Below are positions 1 through 7,126 of a stretch of 9,171 nt of DNA, piece by piece (the first letter of the stretch is position 1; each line of letters opens with the position of its first letter). The notes under the pieces were generated by a model that saw nothing but the letters and a program-made list of their open reading frames with translations, did not search any database and was not told the DNA's origin. Source of the DNA: a virus. Lineage: Duplodnaviria; Heunggongvirae; Uroviricota; Caudoviricetes. The stretch is from IMG/VR virus record IMGVR_UViG_2740892019_000003. One strand, written 5' to 3'. The position numbers and the translations under genes are program-made.

Positions 1-1316
1 GTACAGCCAAAGGCATCCATCTTCGTGACGTTACGGCCGTAACGGGCAATGGCCTGCGTATCCTCCACAAGCTCTGTCGCCGTCTCCCAGCCGTTGTTCG
101 GGTCAATCCAGTTCACCTCAACGGCATTATGGCGGTCTTTCAGGGCGCTGAAGCTGTAGCGGAACGGCGCGCCATCATCCGGCATCACCACATTACTGCG
201 GTTATAGGTCCACACCTTATCTGATGGCCGGTCCTGCACGAACGTCAGCGTCTGCCCGTTCCATACCGGCATACAGCGCATCGCCGAGCAGAAATCACTG
301 AGCACATCCCACGCCTTGCGCTGTGTGGTCAGGTACGCATTACAGGTGATGCGCGGCTCCGTGCCGCCAAATCCGTCAGGCACCGACTGGTCGCAGTACT
401 GGCCGATGACATACAGCGCCCATTTATCCACATCCGCCGCACCAAGACGTTTCCCCATACCGTAGCGCGGATGGGTCAGCATATCCCACAGACACCAGGC
501 CATGTTGTTGCTGTATGCCGGTTTAAACGTTCCGTCCCAGATACCGCTGTATTGCCGCGTCTGCGGGTTATAATTCGACGGCACCTGCAGAATACGCCCG
601 CGCAGATGATAATTACGGCTCACCTGCTGGCTGCCGAACTGCTCCGAGTCCACCTGCACGCCGACCAGTGCCGTGTTCGGGTAGCACTGTTTCACATCGA
701 TGATTTCGGTGTATGACGACCAGAGCGTTTTGTTCTGCAACTGGTCTGTGGTGCTGTCCGGCGTCATCCTGCGCATCCGGATATTAAACGGGCGCGGCGG
801 CAGGTTACCCACCACCACCGAGGCCAGATACTGCGAGGTGGTTTTGCCCTTAATGGTGATGTCTTTTTCCGTCACCCAGCCACCGTTACGCTGTATCTGA
901 ACCAGCAGGCGGACTTCCGACGGATTCCTGTCACCCTTTGAGGTGGTTTCCACCAGTGTCTGCACGCCGAAAGTAAAACGCAGACGGTCAATGTTTGCCG
1001 ACGTGATGGTCCGGGTGATCGGCGTGTCATATTTCACTTCTGTACCGAGCACCGTCTCGGAGCCGGAGGATTCAAACCCCTCCGGCGGTGTCTGCTCCTG
1101 CTCACCGGCACGGAACACCACCGTGACACCGGATATGTTGGTATTCCCCTCAGTGTCCAGCACCGGCGTACTGTTCAGCAGCACGCTTTTTAATCCCTCC
1201 ACCGGACCTTCAATCGGCCCTTCGCTGATGGCATCGATCACACTCAGCAACTGCGTGGACTTCAGGTTGTCCTTCGCTTCGCGCGGGGTATGCCCCTTAC
1301 TGCTGCCTTTACCCAT
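1..1316 (-). CDS. J: Tail tip/central fibre protein J, N-terminal ~438 codons (partial; ORF runs off the left edge of the window)
   Basis: Reverse complement of 1261-1316 reads ATG GGT AAA GGC AGC AGT AAG GGG CAT ACC CCG CGC GAA GCG AAG GAC AAC CTG AA = MGKGSSKGHTPREAKDNLK, the N-terminus of lambda gpJ as I recall it. Absent from the ORF track only because no stop lies in the window. GGAG sits 8 nt upstream of the ATG (plus 1325-1328) and a GAGGA abuts it. Position after I with a 60-nt spacer matches lambda. Confidence 0.9.
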   Translation of the reverse strand, partial: MGKGSSKGHTPREAKDNLKSTQLLSVIDAISEGPIEGPVEGLKSVLLNSTPVLDTEGNTNISGVTVVFRAGEQEQTPPEGFESSGSETVLGTEVKYDTPITRTITSANIDRLRFTFGVQTLVETTSKGDRNPSEVRLLVQIQRNGGWVTEKDITIKGKTTSQYLASVVVGNLPPRPFNIRMRRMTPDSTTDQLQNKTLWSSYTEIIDVKQCYPNTALVGVQVDSEQFGSQQVSRNYHLRGRILQVPSNYNPQTRQYSGIWDGTFKPAYSNNMAWCLWDMLTHPRYGMGKRLGAADVDKWALYVIGQYCDQSVPDGFGGTEPRITCNAYLTTQRKAWDVLSDFCSAMRCMPVWNGQTLTFVQDRPSDKVWTYNRSNVVMPDDGAPFRYSFSALKDRHNAVEVNWIDPNNGWETATELVEDTQAIARYGRNVTKMDAFGC

Positions 1317-1338
1317 TCCTCACGCTCCATAAACAACA

Positions 1339-1358
1339 AAACCGCCCGTAGGCGGTTT
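1339..1358 (-). terminator. Perfect 8-bp inverted repeat with 4-nt loop (AAACCGCC-UACG-GGCGGUUU on the minus-strand RNA) followed by a U-rich tract, in the I-J spacer; terminator-like hairpin
   Basis: Seen directly: plus 1339-1346 aaaccgcc, loop cgta, 1351-1358 ggcggttt. On the minus-strand transcript the stem is followed by UGUUGUUUAU; the loop UACG is a UNCG-type tetraloop. Lies between the I stop (1377-1379) and the J start (1316). Confidence 0.35.
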
Positions 1359-1376
1359 CACATAAAACATTTTGCA

Positions 1377-2048
1377 TCAGCGACCAATCACCACAACCTG
1401 ACCACCGTCCCCTTCGTCTGCCGTGCTGATCTCCTGAGAAACCACACGTGACCCCACGCGCATTTCACCGAACAGAACGGGCAGAACATTGCCCTGGGCA
1501 ACCATGTTATCCAGTGAGGAGAAATAGGTGTTCTGCTTACCGTTATCCGTACTGGTCGCTGTGGGCGTCCGGGCTTTCGGTGCCAGCATCTGCGCCACAC
1601 CGCCAAGCACCATACTGGCACCGAGAGAAAACAGGATGCCGGTCATACCACCGGCCCCAATGGCTGCCCCCCATGCTGCAAGGGTGGCTCCGGCGGTAAA
1701 GAATGATCCGGCAATGGCGGCTGCTCCCAGGACAATCTGGAATACACCACCTGACTTGGCCCCGGCGACTCTGGGAACAATATGAATCACAGCGCCATCA
1801 GGCAGAGTCTCATGTAACTGCGCCGTTAATCCGGACGTGCTGACATCCTGCCCGGCAATCCGTACCTGATACCAGCCGTCGCTCAGTTTCTGACGAAACG
1901 CCGGGAGCTGTGTGGCCAGTGCCCGGATGGCTTCAGCCCCCGTTTTCACACGAAGGTCGATGCGGCGACCAAATCGTTGTAAATCCCCGTAAAGGCAGAT
2001 GCGCGCCATGCCCGGTGACGCCAGAGGGAGTGTGTGCGTCGCTGCCAT
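1377..2048 (-). CDS. I: Tail assembly protein I (223 aa): N-terminal ubiquitin-like beta-grasp region ending ...VAGAKSGG, then a Gly/Ala-rich hydrophobic segment
   Basis: 223-aa ORF MAATHTLPLASPGMARICLYGDLQRFGRRIDLRVKTGAEAIRALATQLPAFRQKL... recognised as lambda gpI; same length as lambda I. Overlaps the 3' end of K by 103 nt in a different frame, as in lambda. Confidence 0.95.
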   Translation of the reverse strand: MAATHTLPLASPGMARICLYGDLQRFGRRIDLRVKTGAEAIRALATQLPAFRQKLSDGWYQVRIAGQDVSTSGLTAQLHETLPDGAVIHIVPRVAGAKSGGVFQIVLGAAAIAGSFFTAGATLAAWGAAIGAGGMTGILFSLGASMVLGGVAQMLAPKARTPTATSTDNGKQNTYFSSLDNMVAQGNVLPVLFGEMRVGSRVVSQEISTADEGDGGQVVVIGR

Positions 2049-2689
2049 TTGTCGGTATACCTCTCTCGTTTGCTCAGTTGTTCAGGAATATGGTGCAGCA
2101 GCTCGCCGTCACCACAGTAAATGGCGGCATGATTCGGCACCGATGAACCAAAACAGCACAGCAGCACATCGCCCGGCTGTGCCGTTGACAACGGCACCTG
2201 ATACAGCCCCGTCGCCTCCAGATTATCCAGATAAAGATTCTGGCCGTTACGCCACCAGTCATCCCCGCGATGAAAATCCGGCATCTCAATCCCCGCCAGA
2301 TGGTAAGCATCCCGGAACAGCGTGTAACAGTCCGTCACCCCGTGCTCAAAGCGCCGCCCGGTGAGATGCGGCACACAGCGGAACTTATGAATCTCACCCC
2401 GGCAGACCAGCCACCACGGCAAATCACTCTGCACCTGCAGCCGCCGGTCGGCCTCACTCAGCCAGGGAAGACCACCGGGGTGGCTGTGAACCAGCGCCAC
2501 AATCTCACCCTGCATCTCTGCCTGCAGCCAGTCCTCCGGAGCCATCCGGAAATACTCCTCCGGCTCACCGGAAATATTCACGCAGGGAAAATATCTTTCC
2601 CCCTCCGGCGTTCTCACCACGAAGCCGCACGACTCCGCTGGCGCACATTGCCGGGCGTGCGCCAGAATCGCTGATTCTGTCTCTGTCAT
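1946..2689 (-). CDS. K: Tail assembly protein K, long form 247 aa (JAB/MPN metallopeptidase motif HSHPGG...SEAD plus C-terminal NlpC/P60-type Cys/His); the classically annotated 199-aa form would start at the internal ATG at 2545
   Basis: ORF MTETESAILAHAR...HSHPGGLPWLSEADRRLQVQSDLPWWLV...GVTDCYTLFRDAYH...NHAAIYCGDGELLHH recognised as lambda gpK. ATG at 2687-2689 lies 5 nt after the L stop with no obvious Shine-Dalgarno; the internal ATG (2543-2545) has GGAGGAG 9 nt upstream (plus 2555-2561). Confidence 0.9.
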   Translation of the reverse strand: MTETESAILAHARQCAPAESCGFVVRTPEGERYFPCVNISGEPEEYFRMAPEDWLQAEMQGEIVALVHSHPGGLPWLSEADRRLQVQSDLPWWLVCRGEIHKFRCVPHLTGRRFEHGVTDCYTLFRDAYHLAGIEMPDFHRGDDWWRNGQNLYLDNLEATGLYQVPLSTAQPGDVLLCCFGSSVPNHAAIYCGDGELLHHIPEQLSKRERYTDKWQRRTHSLWRHRAWRASAFTGIYNDLVAASTFV

Positions 2690-2694
2690 GAGAT

Positions 2695-3393
2695 TTACTG
2701 CGAAAGTTTGTTAATGGAAAGGAAGCCGCCAAAGTTATCGACGTTATTGCGGAACTTACAGCCACTCAGGCATTTGCTGCATTTATCCTTCGTGATATCG
2801 GACGTCGGCTGGTCATATTCATCCGCGACAGCCGGACCGTTATAACCGCACTCATCACCGCGATAGGTCCAGGTGCAGGTGTTGGCCAGCATGATACGCC
2901 CCGGAAAAACAGCGCCATCCGTTTCCGTCGGCGTGGCCAGTACAAAAGAGGCACTGACTGCGCTCAGTTCGCTGCACTGCTCGATGCGCCAGCGGCTGAT
3001 CACCTCCTGCTCCGGATCGGCGTCTCTGTTTCCGTTGACGAAGTTCACCGCATCCAGAAAACGGGCGTAAACCTTACGCCTGACCACCGTTCCGCCGACC
3101 AGACTCTGCAGGTCTTCCGCCATCCCGGTAACCATACCGTACAGGTTAGAAACCGTCAGCGTGGGGCGCGTACTGGTGCCTTTGCCATTCAGTTCGAAAC
3201 CACTCCCCTGAATGGGATACGCCTGATACTGTCGCCCCTGCCAGGTGACCGGCTCACCTTTTTCGTTCTGCTCATTACAGAAAAAATAACGTTCTCCACC
3301 AACCTCTGTCAGATCGATTTCCCAGAGCACCACGCTGGCCGACTGCTCCGCACGGGTGCATTCATTCAGTGTTTCCTGTCGGATATCCTGCAT
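2695..3393 (-). CDS. L: Tail tip protein L (232 aa) with C-terminal Cys cluster (C173, C182, C205, C208, C212)
   Basis: ORF MQDIRQETLNECTRAEQSASVVLWEIDLTEVGGERYFFCNEQ...KDKCSKCLSGCKFRNNVDNFGGFLSINKLSQ recognised as lambda gpL; length 232 aa. Start overlaps the M stop (TGATG on the minus strand at 3395-3391). Confidence 0.95.
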   Translation of the reverse strand: MQDIRQETLNECTRAEQSASVVLWEIDLTEVGGERYFFCNEQNEKGEPVTWQGRQYQAYPIQGSGFELNGKGTSTRPTLTVSNLYGMVTGMAEDLQSLVGGTVVRRKVYARFLDAVNFVNGNRDADPEQEVISRWRIEQCSELSAVSASFVLATPTETDGAVFPGRIMLANTCTWTYRGDECGYNGPAVADEYDQPTSDITKDKCSKCLSGCKFRNNVDNFGGFLSINKLSQ

Positions 3394-3722
3394 CAGTTCA
3401 CCACCTGTTCAAACTCTGCGCTGAACTCAACACGCAACATACTGACCCGCGACGACCATTTTGCGCAGATCACCTTTATCTGCCGCCAGTCATAAGGCGG
3501 CGTCCACAGAAAGGCTTTCCAGCCTCCGTGCTCTGCCAGAAACGATTCCAGCGCCGTGGCCTCCCAACGGGGGACAGAAATCGTCACGCTGTACGTTTTC
3601 AGGTTGGCATTCAGCCCGGCAGGCGCGCGCTGGGAGTAACCATCACCAAAGCGCACCTTCCTGACGGAAGGGGCCGAAGCCACATCCATACCGGGTTTCA
3701 CTTTCCAGCGGAAGGTTTTCAT
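3393..3722 (-). CDS. M: Tail tip protein M (109 aa)
   Basis: ORF MKTFRWKVKPGMDVASAPSVRKVRFGDGYSQRAPAGLNANLKTY... recognised as lambda gpM; 109 aa. ATGA start/stop overlap with H (3719-3722); GGAGG 6 nt upstream. Confidence 0.95.
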   Translation of the reverse strand: MKTFRWKVKPGMDVASAPSVRKVRFGDGYSQRAPAGLNANLKTYSVTISVPRWEATALESFLAEHGGWKAFLWTPPYDWRQIKVICAKWSSRVSMLRVEFSAEFEQVVN

Positions 3723-6280
3723 CGTCCACCTCCGGAGAACAGGCCACCATCACGCATCTGTGTCTGAATTTCATCACGGGCACCCTTGCGGGCCATGTCA
3801 TACACCGCCTTCAGAGCAGCCGGACCTATCTGACCGTTCGTGCCGTCGTTATTAATCACCACATGGTTATTCTGCTCAAACTTCCCGGACGCCTGCGACC
3901 GGCTGTCCGCCAGGCTGCCCGGTGTACCGACATAACCACCGGTGGCATAGCCGCGCATCAGCCGGTAGAGATTCCCCACGCCAATCCGGCTGGTTGCCTC
4001 CTTCGTGAAGACAAATTCACCACGGTGAACAATCCCCGCAGGCTCATATTTGCCGCCGGTTCCCGTAAATCCCCCGGTCGCAAAATGGAATTTCGCCGCA
4101 GCTGCCTGAATGGCGGTACCGCCTGACGCGGATGCGCCGCCACCAACAGCCCCGCCAATGGCGCTGCCGATACTCCCGACAATCCCCACCATTGCCTGCT
4201 TAAGCAGAATTTCTGTCATCATGGACAGCACGGAACGGGTAAAGCTGCGCCAGTTCTGCTCACTGCCGGTCAGCATCGCCGCCATATTCTGTGCAATACC
4301 ATCAAAGGTCTGCGTGGCTGCACTTTTAACCTGCGACATACTGTCCGTGGCGCTCTCTTCCCACTCACTCCAGCCGGACCTGAGGCCTGCCATCCAGTTC
4401 CCGCGAAGCTGGTCTTCAGCCGCCCAGGTCTTTTTCTGCTCTGACATGACGTTATTCAGCGCCAGCGGATTATCGCCATACTGTTCCTTCAGACGCTGTT
4501 CCGTGGCTTCCCTCGCTGCCTGCCGGTCAGTCAGCCCCCGGCTTTTCGCATCAATGGCGGCCCGTTTTGCCCGTTGCTGCTGTGCGAATTTATCCGCCTG
4601 CTGCGCCAGCGCATTCAGGTGCTCCTGATACGTGACCTTATCGCCAAGTGCAGCCAGCTGGCGTTTGTACTCCAGCGTCTCGTCTTTATGCGCCAGCAGG
4701 GATTTCTCCTGTGCGGACAGCTGGCGACGTTGTGCCGCCTCCTCCAGTACCGCGAACTGACTTTCTGCCTTCCACAAATCCCGGCGCTGCTGGCTGATTT
4801 TCTCATTCGCTCCGGCATGCTTCTCCAGTGTCCGGAGTTCTGCCTGAAGCGTCAGCAGGGCAGCATGAGCATTGTCTTCCTGACGATCGCCCGCAGACAC
4901 CTTCACGCCGGACTGTTTCGGCTTTTTCAGCGTCGCTTCATAATCCTTTTTCGCCGCCGCCATCAGCGTGTTGTAATCTGCCTGCAGGATTTTCCCGTCT
5001 TTCAGTGCCTTGTTCAGTTCTTCCTGACGGGCGGTATATTTCTCCAGCGGCGTCTGCAGCCGTTCGTAAGCCTTCTGCGCCTCTTCGGTATATTTCAGCC
5101 GTGACGCTTCGGTATCGCTCTGCTGCTGCGCATTTTTGTCCTGTTGACTCTGCTGTTCAGCCTTCTTTCGGGCGGCTTCAAGCGCAAGACGGGCCTTTTC
5201 ACGATCATCCCAGTAACGCGCCCGCGCTTCATCGTTAACAAAATAATCATCCTTGCGCAGATTCCAGATGTCGTCTGCTTTCTTAAACGCAGCCTCTGCC
5301 TTAATCAGCATCTCCTGAGCGGTATCAGGACGACCAATATCCAGCACCGCATCCCACATGGATTTGAATGCCCGTGCTGTCCTGTCTGCCCAGGTCTCCA
5401 GCGTACCCATGTTCTCTTTCAGGCGGCGGGTCTGGTCATCAAACCCTTTCGTTGCGGCCTCGTTCGCCGCCTGCAATGCCCCGGCTTCATCGCCGGAACG
5501 CTGCAACTGAGCAACATACGCAATCTGCTCCGCCGTCACGTTATGGAACTGGCGCGCCATCGCCGTCAGCCCCGACGTCGGGTCAGTGGTCAGCTTCCCG
5601 AAGGCTTCAGCGACCTTGTCCACCTCCACGCCGGATGCAGAGGAGAAACGCGCCACACTCTGGCTGATGGATGCAATCTGAGCCTCACCGCTTACCCCCG
5701 CCTTAACCAGTGCACTGAGTGACTCGCTGGTCTGGTTAAACGTCAGCCCTGCCGCCTGCCCGGCTCTGGACAGGACCAGCATACGATCTGCCGTCAGACC
5801 CGACTGATTACCGGAAAGGACCAGCGTTTTGTTGAAATCGGACAGGGTTGAGTTACCCTGATACCAGGCATACGCCAGCGCACCGGTCGCCACCGCCAGC
5901 GAGGTGGCCCCGACCATCGGCAGGGTGATCGCACCGGCAAGCCCCCGGAACATGGGGATCATCCCGCCGAAGGAGTCCTTAACCTGACCACCCTGTTGCA
6001 GCAGGATCAGCCACGGGCTTTGCCCGCCTGCAAGCTGCGTGGCCACGTCGGTGAACTGTGCAGGCAGCATACGCATGGCGGCTTTATACTGCCCGACGGA
6101 AATCCCCGCTTTCTGTGCAGCCAGCGCCTGTCGGCTCAGCGACTGTTCAACGACTGCCGCTGTTTTTTTCGCATCACTTTCCGTACCGGAAAAATGACGC
6201 CTGACTCTGGCCATCTGCTCGTCAAATCTGGCCGCATCCAGACTTAAATCAACGACCAGATCGCCTACCGGTTCAGCCAT
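3719..6280 (-). CDS. H: Tail tape measure protein H (853 aa)
   Basis: 853-aa ORF MAEPVGDLVVDLSLDAARFDEQMARVRRHF... with a long charged, Ala/Gln/Lys-rich helical middle and a Gly-rich hydrophobic C-terminal segment (IGGAVGGGASASGG); recognised as lambda gpH at the same length. Start ATG 6278-6280 overlaps the end of T. Confidence 0.96.
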   Translation of the reverse strand: MAEPVGDLVVDLSLDAARFDEQMARVRRHFSGTESDAKKTAAVVEQSLSRQALAAQKAGISVGQYKAAMRMLPAQFTDVATQLAGGQSPWLILLQQGGQVKDSFGGMIPMFRGLAGAITLPMVGATSLAVATGALAYAWYQGNSTLSDFNKTLVLSGNQSGLTADRMLVLSRAGQAAGLTFNQTSESLSALVKAGVSGEAQIASISQSVARFSSASGVEVDKVAEAFGKLTTDPTSGLTAMARQFHNVTAEQIAYVAQLQRSGDEAGALQAANEAATKGFDDQTRRLKENMGTLETWADRTARAFKSMWDAVLDIGRPDTAQEMLIKAEAAFKKADDIWNLRKDDYFVNDEARARYWDDREKARLALEAARKKAEQQSQQDKNAQQQSDTEASRLKYTEEAQKAYERLQTPLEKYTARQEELNKALKDGKILQADYNTLMAAAKKDYEATLKKPKQSGVKVSAGDRQEDNAHAALLTLQAELRTLEKHAGANEKISQQRRDLWKAESQFAVLEEAAQRRQLSAQEKSLLAHKDETLEYKRQLAALGDKVTYQEHLNALAQQADKFAQQQRAKRAAIDAKSRGLTDRQAAREATEQRLKEQYGDNPLALNNVMSEQKKTWAAEDQLRGNWMAGLRSGWSEWEESATDSMSQVKSAATQTFDGIAQNMAAMLTGSEQNWRSFTRSVLSMMTEILLKQAMVGIVGSIGSAIGGAVGGGASASGGTAIQAAAAKFHFATGGFTGTGGKYEPAGIVHRGEFVFTKEATSRIGVGNLYRLMRGYATGGYVGTPGSLADSRSQASGKFEQNNHVVINNDGTNGQIGPAALKAVYDMARKGARDEIQTQMRDGGLFSGGGR

Positions 6281-7111
6281 ACCGGACTCCTCCTGCGATC
6301 CCTTCTGATACTGTCATCAGCATTACGTCATCCTCCGTCATGCCCGCCATATCCGGGGAAGCGGGGATAACTTCATTTCCGTCCGGGTCAAAGCGGACGC
6401 CTCCGGTAAGCCCTGCCGCTTTCTGCATCAGCACATCATCTTCAGGCTCTTCGTCATCCTCACGCCGGTTCAGCAAACTGAAATCCAGCGGATGCATATC
6501 CGGATCGCTGAAAAACAGGCTGAGCACAGTGTACGTCAGCCCGGAAAAGTGCATATCCAGCAGAACATCATGAAAATAATGGGTACTGTAAAAGCGGTGC
6601 CAGTCGGCATACTCCGTGGATGACATCCCGGCAAGCATGGCGCGCCAGTCAGGTCGCCCCATCTCTCGCGCCAGTTTCAGGGCAAAACTCAGCTCACCGT
6701 CGAACACTTTCCCGCAGAAACAGGCTCTGCAGGCCCGGCGTCCTCTGTCTGGTCAGGGGCATCATTCACCACAAACTCATACATTCCGGACAGCCGGTAC
6801 ACCACGTTTTCAGCATGAGAAATTGCCTCTGTAGGCCAGGTGGTAAGCACTTCCTGCTCAATCTGTTTAACGGCTTCATTCATGGACGGCATCTGCGTCT
6901 TCTTCGGATGGTTATGCCACAGGGACATCGCCACCACAAAAGCGCCGGTTCTGATGGCGTCTTCCACAGTAAACTTCCGGTTGCTGTCTGACTCCGCCTG
7001 TTCTGCCTGCCGTTTCATCAGGGCGAGATGCTCAATACGCTGTAGGGCTGACAGTTCAGAAAGCGTGACGGTCACGCCGTTATGTTCAAATGATTCGGTT
7101 TTCAGGAACAT
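6273..7111 (-). CDS. GT: Tail assembly chaperone GT, made by a programmed -1 ribosomal frameshift joining the G frame to the T frame at 6707-6713
   Basis: G frame (6689-7111) and T frame (stop at 6273-6275, open upstream past the slip site) overlap. Slippery heptamer G GGA AAG sits in the G zero frame (encoding Gly-Lys of ...SAGKCSTVS); after a -1 slip the reading continues GGG AAA GTG TTC GAC GGT GAG = G K V F D G E..., i.e. the track ORF 'MFDGELSF...' with its GTG read as Val. Confidence 0.85.
6287..6294 (-). promoter_or_regulatory. Shine-Dalgarno for H (AGGAGGAG), embedded in the 3' end of the T coding frame
   Basis: Plus 6287-6294 ctcctcct = AGGAGGAG on the minus strand, 6 nt upstream of the H ATG. 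Confidence 0.7.
6689..7111 (-). CDS. G: Tail assembly chaperone G (140 aa)
   Basis: ORF MFLKTESFEHNGVTVTLSELSALQRIEHLALMKRQAEQAESDSNRKF... recognised as lambda gpG; 140 aa. GGAGAG 6 nt upstream of the ATG (plus 7118-7123). Confidence 0.95.
   Translation of the reverse strand: MFLKTESFEHNGVTVTLSELSALQRIEHLALMKRQAEQAESDSNRKFTVEDAIRTGAFVVAMSLWHNHPKKTQMPSMNEAVKQIEQEVLTTWPTEAISHAENVVYRLSGMYEFVVNDAPDQTEDAGPAEPVSAGKCSTVS
6707..6713 (-). other. -1 programmed ribosomal frameshift slippery heptamer GGGAAAG (X XXY YYZ type)
   Basis: Plus 6707-6713 ctttccc = GGGAAAG on the minus strand. Lies 6 codons before the G stop, in the correct phase (G GGA AAG in the G frame). Confidence 0.85.
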
Positions 7112-7126
7112 CGCTGACTCTCCGGA

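Noticed and set aside
1314-1322. GAGGA immediately abutting the J start codon as its Shine-Dalgarno
   Set aside because: Spacing of 0-1 nt is too short to function well. The GGAG 8 nt upstream (plus 1325-1328) is the more plausible ribosome-binding site, so I did not list the adjacent GAGGA as a separate feature.
943-1332. 129-aa plus-strand ORF (and the 471-716 and 700-900 ORFs) at the left end of the window
   Set aside because: These lie antisense to the J coding region, whose minus-strand frame is continuous from the ATG at 1316 to the window edge and reproduces the lambda gpJ N-terminus. The plus-strand translations are low-complexity and Arg/Pro/Ser-rich, typical of antisense reading of GC-rich phage genes.
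1388-1621. 77-aa minus-strand ORF nested inside I (plus the 2074-2310, 2565-2765, 2766-2954, 3958-4182, 4615-4818, 7474-7704 and 8006-8251 minus-strand ORFs)
   Set aside because: These are alternative-frame ORFs wholly within confirmed tail genes. They are Arg/Cys/Trp-rich with no start context and are out of frame with the recognised proteins.
3863-6247. Multiple long plus-strand ORFs inside H (e.g. 4110-4628, 4574-5104, 4828-5238, 5144-5722, 5368-5667, 5996-6247)
   Set aside because: All are antisense to the 853-aa tape measure gene. Repetitive, codon-biased Ala/Gln/Leu-rich genes routinely give long open antisense frames. None has a convincing start context, and the products (Cys/Arg/Leu/Pro-rich) do not look like real proteins.
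6273-6707. T as an independent GTG-initiated 144-aa gene
   Set aside because: The 'start' is a GTG inside the G coding sequence at the slippery heptamer, with no Shine-Dalgarno. The frame is reached by a -1 frameshift from G, so T exists only as the C-terminal part of the GT fusion.
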